Source: Tubiluchus corallicola (Eukaryota > Animalia > Priapulida). Taken from it: a DNA stretch of 64,000 nucleotides. A model generated the notes under the pieces. It did not search any database and was not told where the DNA came from. It saw only the letters and a program-made list of their open reading frames with translations. Below, piece after piece: positions 48,201 through 62,072 of the stretch. Both the position numbers and the translations under genes were made by a program. Positions within the stretch are counted from its first letter, which is position 1, and each line of letters starts with the position of its first letter. The stretch is from positions 186,001 through 250,000 of the forward strand of contig JAQGDQ010000247.1 in assembly GCA_030141605.1 (NCBI GenBank), in the 5' to 3' direction.

Positions 48201-50081
48201 AGTAGACAGCAAAATAAACTTTTTGCAGCAACAGAATAGATTTGCATAACCAACGTCATTAGCATTATTAATTTCTTGATTACAATGACTACAATATATT
48301 ATTAATTTTTAAGAAAGATCAAAATTTTTCACGCAAGGCAAAAGTAACCAGGGATGCTTCATAAAAGCAACTATGATGTGATTTAATAAAAATACCTATA
48401 CAAAAAATGTATTTTTAACCCGCGGCTGCCCTCCCGTCATGGTAGTATATGAAATAATAAAAATGTCTATGCAAAAAATGTATTTTTAATCCAGACTGCA
48501 TTATTTTTATTGAAATTAAATATGTCTGTAACAGCAATAGAAACCTACGATTTCAGACCATTGCCATATTGTCCAATCATTTGAGAATCAACACTTCGTT
48601 TTGTAGATTTGCCAAACGTGATGATGTCAGCTGCTTCAGTAGGGTCCATACCATCCCCATCGTCTAGAAAGTTTAGGGTATAGCCACCACGCAAATCGTT
48701 AGCAGGAGCTGAATGAAACAATGCATTATTAATCTAACAATACCTGTCAACTTGAAATCCTATATAACCCCAACAGACATTGAAGTTTTCTAACAAATTA
48801 TTATGATTACACAAAGAATACACAGCTATTATTAAACAAAAGAGACATAAATGAATAACTTACCTTTTTCTGGCGAACTTTGAATGCTTGAATTGTTGTA
48901 AAGATCGCCATGTTTCGCGTCATTGGGGCAAGTGAGCGAGAATAACGCACAAGGTACGAAAGCCACTCTGGTTACCGATGTTTGGTGACCTCGTAACTGT
49001 ATTCATGTTACTCGACCCGCGCAACAAAAAATGGTGACTCTTCAAATTTAACACCACTAAGAACATGGTGATAAAGAAATAAAAAGAAATAAATTTTACA
49101 GTAAGTTTATAATAAAAGAAATTGAATATTCGTAATGAGAGCAGGATTTTAAGTTGTAAAAGCTTACATTATAGTGAGGGTTTAGTCTGACTTTAATAAA
49201 TGGCAATGAGTCTATAGCCAATACAAATCGGATGAAACACACTGGGTACCCCAATTCCTAGATGCAAATCTAGATAAAATATGCTGTTTAACTTACAACT
49301 TAGGCAAAATTTTGTTTAATTCCAATTTGGGCGATGTGCCATTAAACAAAAGTTAAATATAATTCATTAACCTTTGATTTTAGCAGATTATTGATCTACC
49401 GCAGAACAATAAGAAACATGCAGCTATTACACACTTCTCAAAATGGATCTCTAGCTCATTGATTCATTACCTGTGTATATGTTGATTTTTGTAGCTGAAG
49501 CATCTCGGGCATTGTCCAAAAGTTCGGCTAGCGCACCGAACAAAAACTCGTGTGTAGTGCTGAAAAAGAGAATCATATTGTCTGAAAAAGCAGTTCATAG
49601 ACCAGTGACAAAACAAAGAAACAAATAAAATGTTGTCCAATTACTTCATATGTAATTAATCTGAATGAATTAGTTCAATAACACAGTTAGCTTTTCAGTA
49701 AAAGCATTGCATTTTACCCATTTTCAGAAGTAGTTCAGTTTTATATATATTCAAATAGATAAAAGTAAACAACATTATCAACATATCATTGAGCCGAGCC
49801 TAAAGCATGCCTAGAAACCATTTGTTAAGTGCCTTCTGCTAAATCAACAAATTCTTTTATGGGCACTTGAGTTCTATAACACCAATAGGACCATAAAAAC
49901 TATAGTTCCACCAATTTCAGCTACGAAAAACAATCTGTTATATCTGGCTGAACAAGGACTTGTGTGATCTGCACAATTTTACTACTTACGAGTTTGTATG
50001 AAGATATTCAAAGCTGAGTTGTGCTCTGCTCAATACACTGTACTGAACCACTTCTTGTTCATCCAAAGAGTTCTTTGCCAT
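36291..50081 (-). CDS. MORC2: MORC2-like, mirror copy (same 17 exons, same truncation)
   Basis: Exons: 50081-49990, 49559-49471, 48708-48549, 47633-47525, 46488-46414, 45924-45704, 44877-44669, 44023-43987, 43684-43636, 42398-42166, 40974-40955, 40646-40512, 39641-39519, 39093-38988, 38432-38339, 37186-36980, 36453-36291. This may be an assembly duplicate. Confidence 0.9.
45321..45543. repeat. 75-bp minisatellite, mirror copy
   Basis: Reverse complement of 24806-25028. Confidence 0.9.
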
Positions 50082-52251
50082 CTTGGTTGTCTGTAACATT
50101 GATAACGCTTTAATTTGTGTATTAAATATTAAGTTTAATTGTTTTACCACTTAAAAAACTTATGAATAGGTTTCCCCGTTCTACTACATTTGTGTTGCTT
50201 TCATAATCCCTGATGCAATACCTCATTTACTTAGGGTAACTTGTCGGTTTTCTATACCCAATAGGTCGCATGTTCAATTCTAGAGTTGCGGCAGAAATAA
50301 AACATTGTTGAAAATGACAGCAGAAATCGGGTTTTGGTTCGGTTATAGTTATCAGCAAGCCTAATAGACTACTTAATTTTCATCATTTGAAAAAAATCGC
50401 TTTCCAAAACACTTGAAAAAAAGCCAACTCAGCTATCATCCGATATCTGTCCTATATTACTATTACATTTGTTCTTGTTCATGTTATTATCGAACTGTTT
50501 TGTAATGTTTCTGGACAGCAAATGCTATAGTTCATCTTATATAGAACAGCATGATGTTGAAGCTGTCAATATACCAGATACCAACTTACCAAGATACCAA
50601 TATAACAAGCATATGGACCCAACACTGTACGTACACTGACTATGTCTATCCTTAAAGCAATTCAATACAAAATTACCCATTTACTAAATTTTCTTCACTT
50701 TAACTTGCAAATAGATCAATAAAAAAACTCTAGTCACTATTTCTGCACGATGCTTGTGCTTGATGGTTTTGTTGTCTGGCTAGCATTTCATTTTACTTTA
50801 AAGACACACATGCACTAATTAAAGAAACATTGACATCCAAAAAGTGATAGCCATAAAATCAATGGCTTCTAACTGCATCAGCCCATGAAGGACAGAGGAG
50901 GCTAAGAATAATACGGATGAGTGGGTTGAGGGTACGCATAGTGAATGTTGAGAAGATAGTTGTAAAAAGTATCTAATTGTAATAAAAATGTTAGCGAGGA
51001 TTAAAGTTGACGTTTGTTGTATGCAGGAAATAGCGCAAGATTAAGCAACTGGTTGTAGTTTTTGAATCTGAGAAGGAAAAGTACGAGTTTTGGTAGTAGG
51101 GAAAAGGATGCTGAGGATCTGGCGGAGTAACCTCTAGAATAATGAAAATAAAGATTGTGATAAGAATGAAGGCAGTGCATATATTTTCAGTATGTGCATG
51201 CAACAAAATTTGGAAAATCACTTTTCTTTTTAGGTTCATAATTTTATCAGGTATATTATTGTTGTTCTGTAGATTAATAAAGTGACTTTAACTAACACAC
51301 ACAGGGAAAGGTTTCAGAATAATGCCTTTTATCACTGATCAATGAATGACAAAAAAAACAATGTTTTTGTTTACAATTTACTCTGCTTGGTGTCAGACGA
51401 CAGTTTACATCTTATGAGAATTTGTGACACAGGGTGACTACATGACTACTGATAACTTTTGCAATGATACTTGAATGCATTTGTGCAAAATAAACTTGAA
51501 TTGAAAATTGATTGATTTTGATCCAGGATTTTATTCCCCAACCGAAATTCTGTTGGGGAGGCAGCTGCTCGACAATGTGTTTGTATTTTCTTACTGCAGT
51601 ATTTCATTCAAGATATTGTAGTGCAGAATGGGATTTATAAAGAGACAACTTCAAACAAAAAAATTATTAATTTAAGCTAACAGAAAACCGGAATGAAATT
51701 ATGCTATACAGCATCATAATGCATGAAATTGAATATGTAAAATAGAAGAAATGTTAACGTACAGTAAAAAAATCAACAGTTATACTGTTCAACGGCATAT
51801 ATTGTTTTAGAAATAAGCGAAATTGCGAACCTCTTATGACTTAAAGAGCGTATTATCATAAGAATATAGTTACTGTAATATCGTCAGAAATTGCACAAAA
51901 CATCAGCTTCGCTAGACGGCCATGCTTCAACAAATCGATAGCGTCGGTTAAAAATTCACGTTAGAGGGCGCGAAAAGAAATATGGCAGTTTTGGTAACAT
52001 GTGTTTGCTGCTGAAATTTCTGTCCGTGAATTACGTAAAAATATAATTATATTATTTATGTTTCTGACTGTAAAATATTTTTTAATTTGTCAGTAGAAAA
52101 TTGTTGCCATGTACAACATGAGACAGGCTTACTGAATTATTGGCTGAATTAGTTTAGTTTAGTTTTTTGCCATAAAATTTAAAAAGAAAAACAAGCATAT
52201 ATTAAAGTTGATTAGTAAATTATCGGGTCCGTCCAAAAAGAAAACTTGTAT

Positions 52252-52539
52252 AAGTTAGGCCTTCTATACTGAAGTACAGACGAAAATGATAAGACTTAAT
52301 TCAAACATTTCGTATCTATGAAGGCATAGAAACCATCGACAGCAAAAAAATTCCAACGACTGACATATCATTGTGCCTCCTACAAAATTAACAAGAGAAC
52401 AGTTTTCAATAGTTGGAACAGAAGAAGGGAAACACTTGCAATGTGAGTAATTGATGAGTGGAATAAACCTCCTAACACTGTAGTTCAGGCCCCTAAACCT
52501 GCCCAGTTCAAGCTTCGTCTTAATAAACACTGGAAACAT
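52252..52539 (+). mobile_element. CR1/L2-type LINE remnant, mirror copy
   Basis: Reverse complement of 17810-18097. Confidence 0.72.
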
Positions 52540-53035
52540 AATCCAGCAAAATATGTGGACCCTTGTTGCTACAACGGCAACAAGAAGCCTTGTATCACAC
52601 TTAATGATTGTAGTGTGGCCACACATTTCAGTAAAGTCAACAAGGAAGAGAGGAGAGGTTCATAAGCAATTATGATTAACCTTTGTTCTTCAACAGTAAC
52701 TGTAATAAGGCACACAGAAAGAAATGTGCAGGTGCTGGAATAAATGGTGGCTTATGGTAGGAGAAGAAATATGACAAGGAAAAGGGAGTGAAAATGAGAA
52801 CAAAAATACCTATTCAGAACGAACAAATAGAATGAAAATGAGAACTAAGAATATAATAAATATAAAGAAATCAACAAGTCAGAAGCAAGTGCACAACCTA
52901 ATTTAGGTATGTTTCACAAAATACCATACCTGGATAAATCTTGCAAAGAACTTACCATGAAATTTGATACCTCACTGACTTCATTACAAATTTAAGCCTG
53001 GCTGAAATTCTTGAATATCAATCATTAGTCTATTT

Positions 53036-53409
53036 CAGGGGTTCTCAACCGGGGGGTAACTCCCCCTCCCCCCCTTCGGGGAGAATGAGCCACCTCCAGG
53101 GGGGAATGAATGGGTGAAAAAATAAAAATAAAAAATATGTAGAAAAGCAAAGAAAAAAGTACAGAAAGCCTTCATAGCCAAAGCAACACACCCTCCCGCT
53201 CAAGACGTTTAGATCCGACCACGTGGCTGCCTGAGACAGCGGCACAGGCTGAGTAGCCCACTCACTGGCCTGACCACACACGGCAGTGAGTGAAGTGCGC
53301 TCTCTATCTTTTGCTCTTGGCTAGCATACTACAGATAAAATTAGGGGGGGAACAAGAATCAGTAGCCTTCAAAATGGGGGAACTGGTCAAAAAAGGTTGG
53401 GGACCACTG
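53036..53409. mobile_element. hAT MITE, mirror copy
   Basis: CAGGGGTTCTCAACC ... GGTTGGGGACCACTG, flanked by GTCTATTT on both sides. Confidence 0.88.
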
Positions 53410-54972
53410 GTCTATTTGTATTTGGCGCTGTACTTGCACTGAACCACAATCGCTCAGAAAATTAGGTTAAATTACTTAACAAATCCATGTGCAGTAACAG
53501 TAATGGTAATAGTAAATTTATTTAGCTTCATAAACTTAATACAATAAAAAAAGATTAAGATGTTAGTGCATATTATACATATAAATATGAGCATTGAGCA
53601 TAGGTGATGAAAGACTATATGGTCACCCAGACAGTTGCCTCTAATTAGATGTAAGTAACATTGATATTGTGCCAGTGGCCAGTGGGATCAATTGTATTAG
53701 TATTGAGTTACTGTATCCACTGAATTATTGTGCCTAAAGTTTTAGGGCAGAACATCTGGTTACGCATTGACGAGTTTTAGGCTTTAAAGAGTAAGGTTCC
53801 CAGCAGAGAACAGGGACAATTGGTGGTTTTAAGGCGAACTAAAAACTTAGCGTAATTGGTAAAGTATGCATGAACAATAAGTTATTGATTAAGCTAATTT
53901 ATATTATAATCATGTGTAGCATGCTGTACTTAAGGTTTTTTAGTTTGTATTTGCACTTTTACCATCAAAGCATTCTGTGGCTCAGTAAGTGGTGACTTGG
54001 AGTGGAAATTGTGCAGCTGCTGCAAAATACTTCAATTTATACGTTTTATCTTTTAGTGTACAAGTAATGAATAATTCTTCTAATCAAACAACCTGTATAA
54101 CATTAGATTTATTAAATCTGAGCCCACATGCATTGCAGATGTTATTTTGGATAATATATGTATTAGATGTCATTCTTTGGATAGCGTAACCTTGAAATTC
54201 AATTTTGGTACCGCATGAGAATTCTAAAAAGACATATTGGACGACTATATACAGTAGAATGTTCTGAAAAGTACATTCATAGGTGGTGACTAAATTGGAA
54301 GCCTAATGCTAGACAGATTTTCACGTTTATATATACAGCTAGAAGCATTACTCGTGGAACATAACTAAATCCACCATTTTACATTATATCTTATGGAAAG
54401 CATGACTTCGTTTAATACTGCATTTTGTGTCGTTAATCGAGGCTTGTACATGTATGTTGTGTTAATTAAGCTAATGCTTTCAAATTGAATTGCCCAGTAA
54501 ATTAACAATTGGCATTGGCATAAACAAAAATTAAGTTGTCATTGTGCGTGCTAGGCTGTGAAGTTAACTAGCACCTTATATAGCTAACAATATGGAAAAC
54601 TGCTTTAATCTGCCAAACTCCCGCCAGCCCCCATTAATTTATCTCGTTGAATGGAGGACTGTATAGTGTGCACACATCCAAACATAGTTAAGATGCTTCT
54701 GTTCTTAACTGTGATTAAGATATCTAAGATGCTTAAGATAATTTATTAGCTCTTAATTTACTAATTCTGTATATACATTTACTCTTGTAATTTTTATTTC
54801 ATTGTATTTTATTTCATTTTAGTACTAGATTTGTTTTTTATATGGTTATAGTTACCGAAATAAAAATTTGAATTGAATCGTTCAAAATAACTTTGAAGTA
54901 CCATTTATTATTTTCAGATTACAGATATAGGCCTGCAACTTGCATAACTTTTCGAGAAATCATATTGTGAAA

Positions 54973-57900
54973 ATGGCTGACAAACAAGTAGAAGAGCTGA
55001 TTGAAGACAGCGATGAAGCTAGTGACTTGGAATTTGGATCTGAGAATGGTTCTGAAGACATCGAACTTGAAGAGATTAAAAAATTTGTAACCAAACTCAA
55101 TTTTCAACGGCTCCTTAGTAGTGAAATGATTGACAAGCCAAATAATAAAGACACTGCTGACATTCCTGTAAGTTGGCATGACACAAAGTCAACAGAGATT
55201 AAAAAGAAAGTGCACAGAACATCTGCATGGGAATCAGCATCATCTAGCAATAAAGAACAGCAACAGACCAAGAATGGACAAGATCATTTGAATCTGAAAT
55301 TTGGTCACAAATTACGTAAATACTTACTTGTAAAGCCGGGTATGAAGTGGCATGAAATAGACACGATAACAGCATCAAACAGCAAAATAAGTGACACGGT
55401 TTCCACAGTACTTTTAAAACACTGTGAGTCGTTTGCAGAGCAGTTACTTAAAGAAGAAGTTTCTTTCTATGAAAAGAATGAGAAAAATAAATCCAACCAG
55501 GCGCAGTGGATGAAGACTGTTGTCTCCAAGGGCACATTGACAGATAAAATGGCTGCATTAACATTGCTTATACAGGACTCGCCTGTTCAGAGCTTGTCGT
55601 ATCTAGATGTTCTACTTAACATGAGCAAGAAAAAAGAGAAAAGAGAATCACTAACCGCCATTACCACACTTAAGGATTTATTTATTTCGGAGTTATTACC
55701 TGATGCCAAAATGTTGAAAACTTTTGATAAACAGCCATTCTCATTGTTGCACAACAAGTTTGGCAATAACACGCTGACCAGAGACAGAACACTACTGCTC
55801 TGGATTTACGAATCCAAATTGAAGAAAAAGTACTCAGAGTTTGTTTCCAATTTGCAGACATTGCTATTTGATAATTTAAGAGTTGTTAAACTGAAGACAT
55901 TGAAGATAGTGTTCGAACTCTTAACTAATAAACCAGAGCAGGAGAAAGTTCTGCTTAGCTTGATTACAAATAAACTTGGTGATCCAGACCACAAGGTAGC
56001 AGCACGAGCAGCTAACCTTTTAACACAACTTGTTGGTAACCATCCAAACATGAAAGGTGTTGTCATAGAGGATGTAGAGCGCATGATATTTAGACCGAAC
56101 ATTGCAGACAAAGCTCAGTACTATGGCATATGCTTCATGAATCAACTTGTTCTCTGTCATGATGAAGATCATCTAGCATCAAAACTCATCACCATATATT
56201 TATCGTTTTTTAAAGCCATAGTGAAAAAAGGAGAACTGCATAGCAAAATGTTAAGTGCTTTGCTTACGGGTGTGAACAGAGCATTTCCATTTGCTAAAAA
56301 GGATGGTGCACTGATTTCTGAAAAAATGGACACTTTGTATAAGATAGTTCATACCACTAACTTCAATGTTTCTGTTCAGGCATTAATGCTGTTATTCCAG
56401 GTTTTGGATGCCAAGCAAAGCATTTCTGATAGGTTTTACATAGCTCTTTACAAAAAACTTGAAGATCCAGAATTGAAACTGTCGTCCAAATATTCGCTTT
56501 TTCTCAGTTTGGTATTTAAGAGCTTGCAGAAAGATGTGGCAGATCAGAGGGTTAAAGCATTTCTCAAAAAACTGCTGCAAATTTGTGCTTTACAGCCTCC
56601 CAATTTTATTTGTGGAGTTCTCATGCTTATTGGAGAACTTATGAAAGAACGTCCAGGGCTTCTGTGTTTGCAGCAGGAATTTAACGAATATGATCAAATG
56701 GATGAGGAAAAGTTTGAGGATGTTGAAGATGATGCTGCTGAGAGTGACAGCAACAAAAATGGTTCTGAGACACATTTACACCAGAATAAAGATCTCATTT
56801 CAAAATCTGATGAATCTGACAAGGATTTGTTACTGTCTAACGTGACAGTAAGTGAAACAAACTTTACCAAAACAACTAAACCTTCTTGGGTTCACAAAAG
56901 AAACATTTCTGGTGCTGTAGTTGATTTAAATGATTATAACCATTGTCAGCGAAATCCATTATATGCCGGTGGTGAGTATGCATGTTTATGGGAGTTGCAA
57001 AATCTTGCGCATCATTTTCATCCTTCTGTGAGAATGTTTGCAGAAAAGTTACTTAGTGGTGAGCAACTTGCTTATTCTGGGGACCCTCTTATTGACTTTA
57101 CCGTGGTTCGATTTTTGGACAGATTTGTGTTTCGCAATCCAAAAAAACAATTCAAAATAGATAAAACAGACATGAGTGAGAAGATTCGATATAAAAAGGA
57201 AAGATATACCCCTAAAGGTATGAAAAAAGTTGCTGCAAATGCACCTGAATACATAGCCCGTGGGGCATCCCAAATACCAGTAGATGAGGCATACTTGTTC
57301 AAATATTTTCAAAGACAAGCAGAGTTGAAGCGGAAGTTTTCAGTTGTTAATGATGATGACACTGAGAGCATATCTGATTCTGAGTTTGATGCATTGCTTG
57401 AAAAATATGAACAAGACAAAAAAGATGAGGACTTAATGGATTTTGCTGGTGATTTTGGGCATGGCAAAAGGAAAAAAACTGCAGAGGAAGATGATGATGA
57501 CGAAAGTGTACACGATAATGATCAGGACGATGAAGTTTCTTTTGGTGAGGATTTTATGAAAGAGTTCGATGACTCTGATTTAGAAGAGAAAAAAGAGCTT
57601 GATCAATATACTGAAGATGGAAGAAATTTCTTAGACGGTGGTGTTACTTACCAAGGAAAGAAAAACAAGTATGAGAGTGCAAAACATGTAAAATCTTGTA
57701 ACAAAGGTCTTGATGAAGCCGCCCAAATGTTTACGCAAATGTTAGATGACAGTGCTTCTTCAAAATTTGATTTGGAAACTTCAGAAGCAGTAGCCAACAA
57801 TGATAAAGCAAGTGTCAAGCAAATTAGATGGGAGGATCAACGTCATCAGTGGCTGGAAGGGCGTGATTGGAAATCCAAGAGACGAAGAAAAGGGAAAAGT

Positions 57901-58002
57901 GTTCAAAAACCAATACATATCAACAAAAAAGCAAAAACTAGACCAAAAAGTAAAAATTGTCCACCAAACAAAAAAATGCTTTATAAAAAAGGCTTTAGGT
58001 AA
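54973..58002 (+). CDS. CEBPZ: CEBPZ/Mak21, mirror copy
   Basis: The translation is identical to 12347-15376; ATG at 54973. Confidence 0.94.
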   Translation: MADKQVEELIEDSDEASDLEFGSENGSEDIELEEIKKFVTKLNFQRLLSSEMIDKPNNKDTADIPVSWHDTKSTEIKKKVHRTSAWESASSSNKEQQQTKNGQDHLNLKFGHKLRKYLLVKPGMKWHEIDTITASNSKISDTVSTVLLKHCESFAEQLLKEEVSFYEKNEKNKSNQAQWMKTVVSKGTLTDKMAALTLLIQDSPVQSLSYLDVLLNMSKKKEKRESLTAITTLKDLFISELLPDAKMLKTFDKQPFSLLHNKFGNNTLTRDRTLLLWIYESKLKKKYSEFVSNLQTLLFDNLRVVKLKTLKIVFELLTNKPEQEKVLLSLITNKLGDPDHKVAARAANLLTQLVGNHPNMKGVVIEDVERMIFRPNIADKAQYYGICFMNQLVLCHDEDHLASKLITIYLSFFKAIVKKGELHSKMLSALLTGVNRAFPFAKKDGALISEKMDTLYKIVHTTNFNVSVQALMLLFQVLDAKQSISDRFYIALYKKLEDPELKLSSKYSLFLSLVFKSLQKDVADQRVKAFLKKLLQICALQPPNFICGVLMLIGELMKERPGLLCLQQEFNEYDQMDEEKFEDVEDDAAESDSNKNGSETHLHQNKDLISKSDESDKDLLLSNVTVSETNFTKTTKPSWVHKRNISGAVVDLNDYNHCQRNPLYAGGEYACLWELQNLAHHFHPSVRMFAEKLLSGEQLAYSGDPLIDFTVVRFLDRFVFRNPKKQFKIDKTDMSEKIRYKKERYTPKGMKKVAANAPEYIARGASQIPVDEAYLFKYFQRQAELKRKFSVVNDDDTESISDSEFDALLEKYEQDKKDEDLMDFAGDFGHGKRKKTAEEDDDDESVHDNDQDDEVSFGEDFMKEFDDSDLEEKKELDQYTEDGRNFLDGGVTYQGKKNKYESAKHVKSCNKGLDEAAQMFTQMLDDSASSKFDLETSEAVANNDKASVKQIRWEDQRHQWLEGRDWKSKRRRKGKSVQKPIHINKKAKTRPKSKNCPPNKKMLYKKGFR

Positions 58003-61000
58003 AAATAGAATGGTTAAAAATAAAAAATGTTGGACTGGTATAGTTTGCAGCTGTAATATACATTTCACGCACCATTTTTGGATAATCCATAAATACTGAA
58101 TTTGTAAGAATGGAGACAAGTTGTTCTTTTTAACCAGCCTGTGTTATGCAGAATTGCTATGATAAGCTGCAGTAACTTTTGTTTCTTGCAATGCAACTAA
58201 AGTTAAAGTTTACATAGTTATACGATTAATGTTTCTTAAAACATTAAATATTTTACTGTCATCTGCTGTAACATGTTATTAGTAAGTGTGCTGTTATTAT
58301 TTACTCCCAGATGACAAAAAATTCAACTTCATTATGGCTGATGGCTTCACCAAAAAATGTGCATCTTTTATTGTTTCAGGAATCGGCTAAACTAGTGTTA
58401 CATTTTGTGTACAAAATTGGTATCGTTGCATTTTGTGTATGTTTAACTTTTTTTGCCGATTCTTTGACTAATAATAGGGCCAAGCAAATATTATTAGAAA
58501 TCGTAATTGAATTGAATTTTTGGCTTTTGAATTTGTATCATATATGATTTTAAAATTTAATATTCAAATTCATTATTAAAGATATTCAAATAAATTTTGA
58601 ATCAGTAATAAAAATAATATGTTCACAAAAAACTCAATTTAGTTCTGAGATGAAGAATAGTATATATGTAACATGGAACCACCAATTTATCACTAAGACT
58701 ATAATAACTGATTTGTGTAGCTAAAATTAAAAATCAGAGTAAGAATAGTTAGGCACACTTGCCGATCTAATTATTTACTGTTTTTAAGTGATATGTTTGA
58801 GATTAGTTGGATACCAAGTAGGTGCATGTACTGTACTTCCTTCTTCAGGACATGCCAATAAGGCAAACATTTTCCAAATTATTATAATATGACCTGCAAT
58901 GCAGACTGTAGAGAACAGACGATTGCCCAATAACTAAATTACCACTCTCACTTCTTATTTCCATTTCACAACAGTTTACAAAGATCGTGCAATCCAATGT
59001 TTTAATGACAAAGAAACAAAAGTAATTTCGGCGTTTAATTATTTGAATTCATAATTTGAGGTTCAAATCGTATTTGAATAAAAAAAACTTATTCAAACTT
59101 TAATGTTCGATGTTCACCCTTACTGACGATATTTGCACTAAACACAGAAGTATTTAAAATTTTGCAATGCAATGCAATGTAAACTATTTGTTTTCAGCTT
59201 GCATTATTTTGCATTCAATTTTGTCAGTGCTGAAAACCATCTGCCATTGTATATTCTACCTGGATAATTGGTCTAAATTGTTTTGTAACATTATAACATC
59301 AACACCAGATGGCATACTATTTTGGTGTAAAGCTAAGGGTTCACACGACAGAAGCGCGATGGCATTGCACGAAAAAATGGCTTGGGATCATTTTTTTATT
59401 TGGCCAATGGGCTATACTTGTAAAAGAAAGAAATTGCGAGAATAAGGCAAATACAACTCAGGACTTCTTCTGTTCTGCAGCAATACTAATGTAGTTTATC
59501 GCAATCAATAACAATGATAGCAAGTACAAGTTAAATCAATAATAATAATCATTGAACTAACGTGAACTGTTTAAACAATAATTGTAAGTAATTTCAGGAA
59601 ACTGGAAGAATTGGTCGTTGAGAAAGCCTAGAATCTCGCTAGACTAGGATCAGTAGTATTCATAAAATATCTGTAGGTGCCTTGCCGTAGGAATGGCAGC
59701 TTTTTATCTGAGACCAAACAAGTGTACAGTTAAATCTGCCTCTCTTCTTTGTACAGATGGGGTTCCATCCAGCTTCTGTAACTTAGGCAGTTATAATAGG
59801 TGGTTTAACTATAGGCTCACCAGTGGATTGCATCAGTTAACTAGTCAGTAGCTTGAAACTGGAGCTAGAGTTAAGAGAGTTTAGACAAATCACCAGGAAA
59901 ACCCTAAAACAGGAGAGGAGAACATTATTTCTCTATTTTCTCTAGTTAAGTATAAGGTTTAGGAAAGAATTAGTAATCACACTGTTTTAAAATTTTCCTA
60001 ATTTATACTTACAGAGTTTGAGTGTTTTTCCTGCCCAATACACCTGTGTGACTGCAAGTCAGCATAGCTTGCTGTTTGGGACAACTCTCTGTTTTTCTGT
60101 TGGTACTGCTTTCCTTTTATACAAGTCGTTATCAGGGATTTATTGTGGTTGTTGCGATAAGCGATTATTTTGCGTCCCAGTTCGCAAGTATAACATGCAA
60201 ACATGTGGGTGTTTTTAGGAGTCATTGCGATGTTATTTATAATTTGTTAATGCTTATTGTTTTTGATTGGGATTATTTCGTCAATTGCTTATTAATTATT
60301 TGAAGTACTGTTGGTACATATCACTTTTACTTAATCAATTTTAAGTGTTGAAAATAAAATTCTTGTAGCTGTGTAATCCAACATGCATGGCCGTAGCTGT
60401 AATTATTCTTTCGTAAGTTTTTCTTATTTACTTTGTCATACAGTACTGGCATAATTAAGTTTAATCGTAAGTTCACAACTTCACACTATAGTGTGAGCAA
60501 TCTAACCTTGAAAAGGCTGAATTTGATTGTCCAGCTATAAGAGTTAAAGCTTGGACTGCCTCATTACTTGGAGTTTTCGTGGGTGTAAGGTGTTTACATT
60601 ATAAGAACATGGTCCCTCGTTCAAATCCTGAATGTATGCCAACTTTAAAATATTTCTTAATTATCTTTCAAGCTTAGAATCAAAATTTATTTGTAAGTTT
60701 TTACATCATTAATAATGATCTTGACATTAGGGTTATAATAATTAATTATGACTAATGTTTCGCTCAGTTATGAAATCGCTCACGCTGCGCTGTGTATGCG
60801 ACAAGGCACTTGAATGGTGCATCACAGCGGACAGATTTTGCGCGATTATGCGCTTGCTAAAATGTCTGCGCCTGTTCAATTTTATTCCTTGGCGTTTCTT
60901 TGCAAATATTTACGCAGAAATGCAGGCTTAGCACCGACAAGAAATCCAGTAAGGCGCTGCAGGTAATGACAAATAAGACATTTGCTATTCGTTCGAATAT

Positions 61001-62072
61001 TAAGTACACGGGTATCGCACATAGCTGTTAAGTTGCAGAAGTGCCAATGAGTGAGACGATAGTTAAAACAGCCAAGTGCTTACCATAACGGTGAGCACGT
61101 GGTGAGATAATCTGATTGGTCGTGCAACAAAACAGTCAGCATTTCAGGTAATGAGTCGAAGAAAGAAAGGAGACGCTGAAAAACAGCAATGGATACTGTG
61201 TAATAATTATTGTAAAATTTTTCAATTCATTTTCAATTCAATTTTATTTATTTTCTCAATAGCAGTTTAAAATTCATCTTAATTATTTTTATGTTTCATT
61301 GTAGCCGAGAAGGAGCAGCGAAAGACCTATTGGTCACTTGGTCAGCTGCCCCTTATTCAAAATAATAAACCGCAATGGCTTATCAACATTCTAGCATTCA
61401 CAGTTCATAGTCTTATTACTACTACTAGTTAAAATGATATAGTTAATTGCCAGCTAATTTGAGAAGTAATTGTTAGTGGTTATTGTCATTGTTTTTGTAG
61501 CTCTGAAGTTCCAGTTTTTGAATCACATTTCTAAGTGTAACTTGCAATCTTCATAAATTTATTTAAGTATAAACAAACCCATGGGTTTTGGCAAACTGTT
61601 GCATTACAAGTGCAATAAATAGTTGCCAAAGTAAATATGACCATTGTACTTTTATCAATTTATATACCATCTTCACTACTACCCTGGCAACTATGTTCAT
61701 AGTTAGATATGCTACGTGTCTATTATAGTTAGCCTAGCAACTTATTAATCTGTCTCACTGTAAAATTCATATGTGTAAAATAAGGTATGTTGGCCAATTG
61801 ATTTTTGAAGTGTACTCTTCAAAGACATGAGCTCTTTTTTGATAACCACCTGGTTTAGACCAGTTGACACTGTACACATCTTTAATTTTACCAATTTAAT
61901 GACAGGTAGACTGACTCACTGACTAATGAATGCTAACAAATGCATCTAGTAGGATTGTCATATTTTGTTTTAAAATTTGAGCATTTTATTTCTGTTGCAG
62001 CTAGGGTAGTTGAAGAATGACTTGCACGAAATAGCCATATATGTAGTTATCTCAAAAATTGAACATTTTATA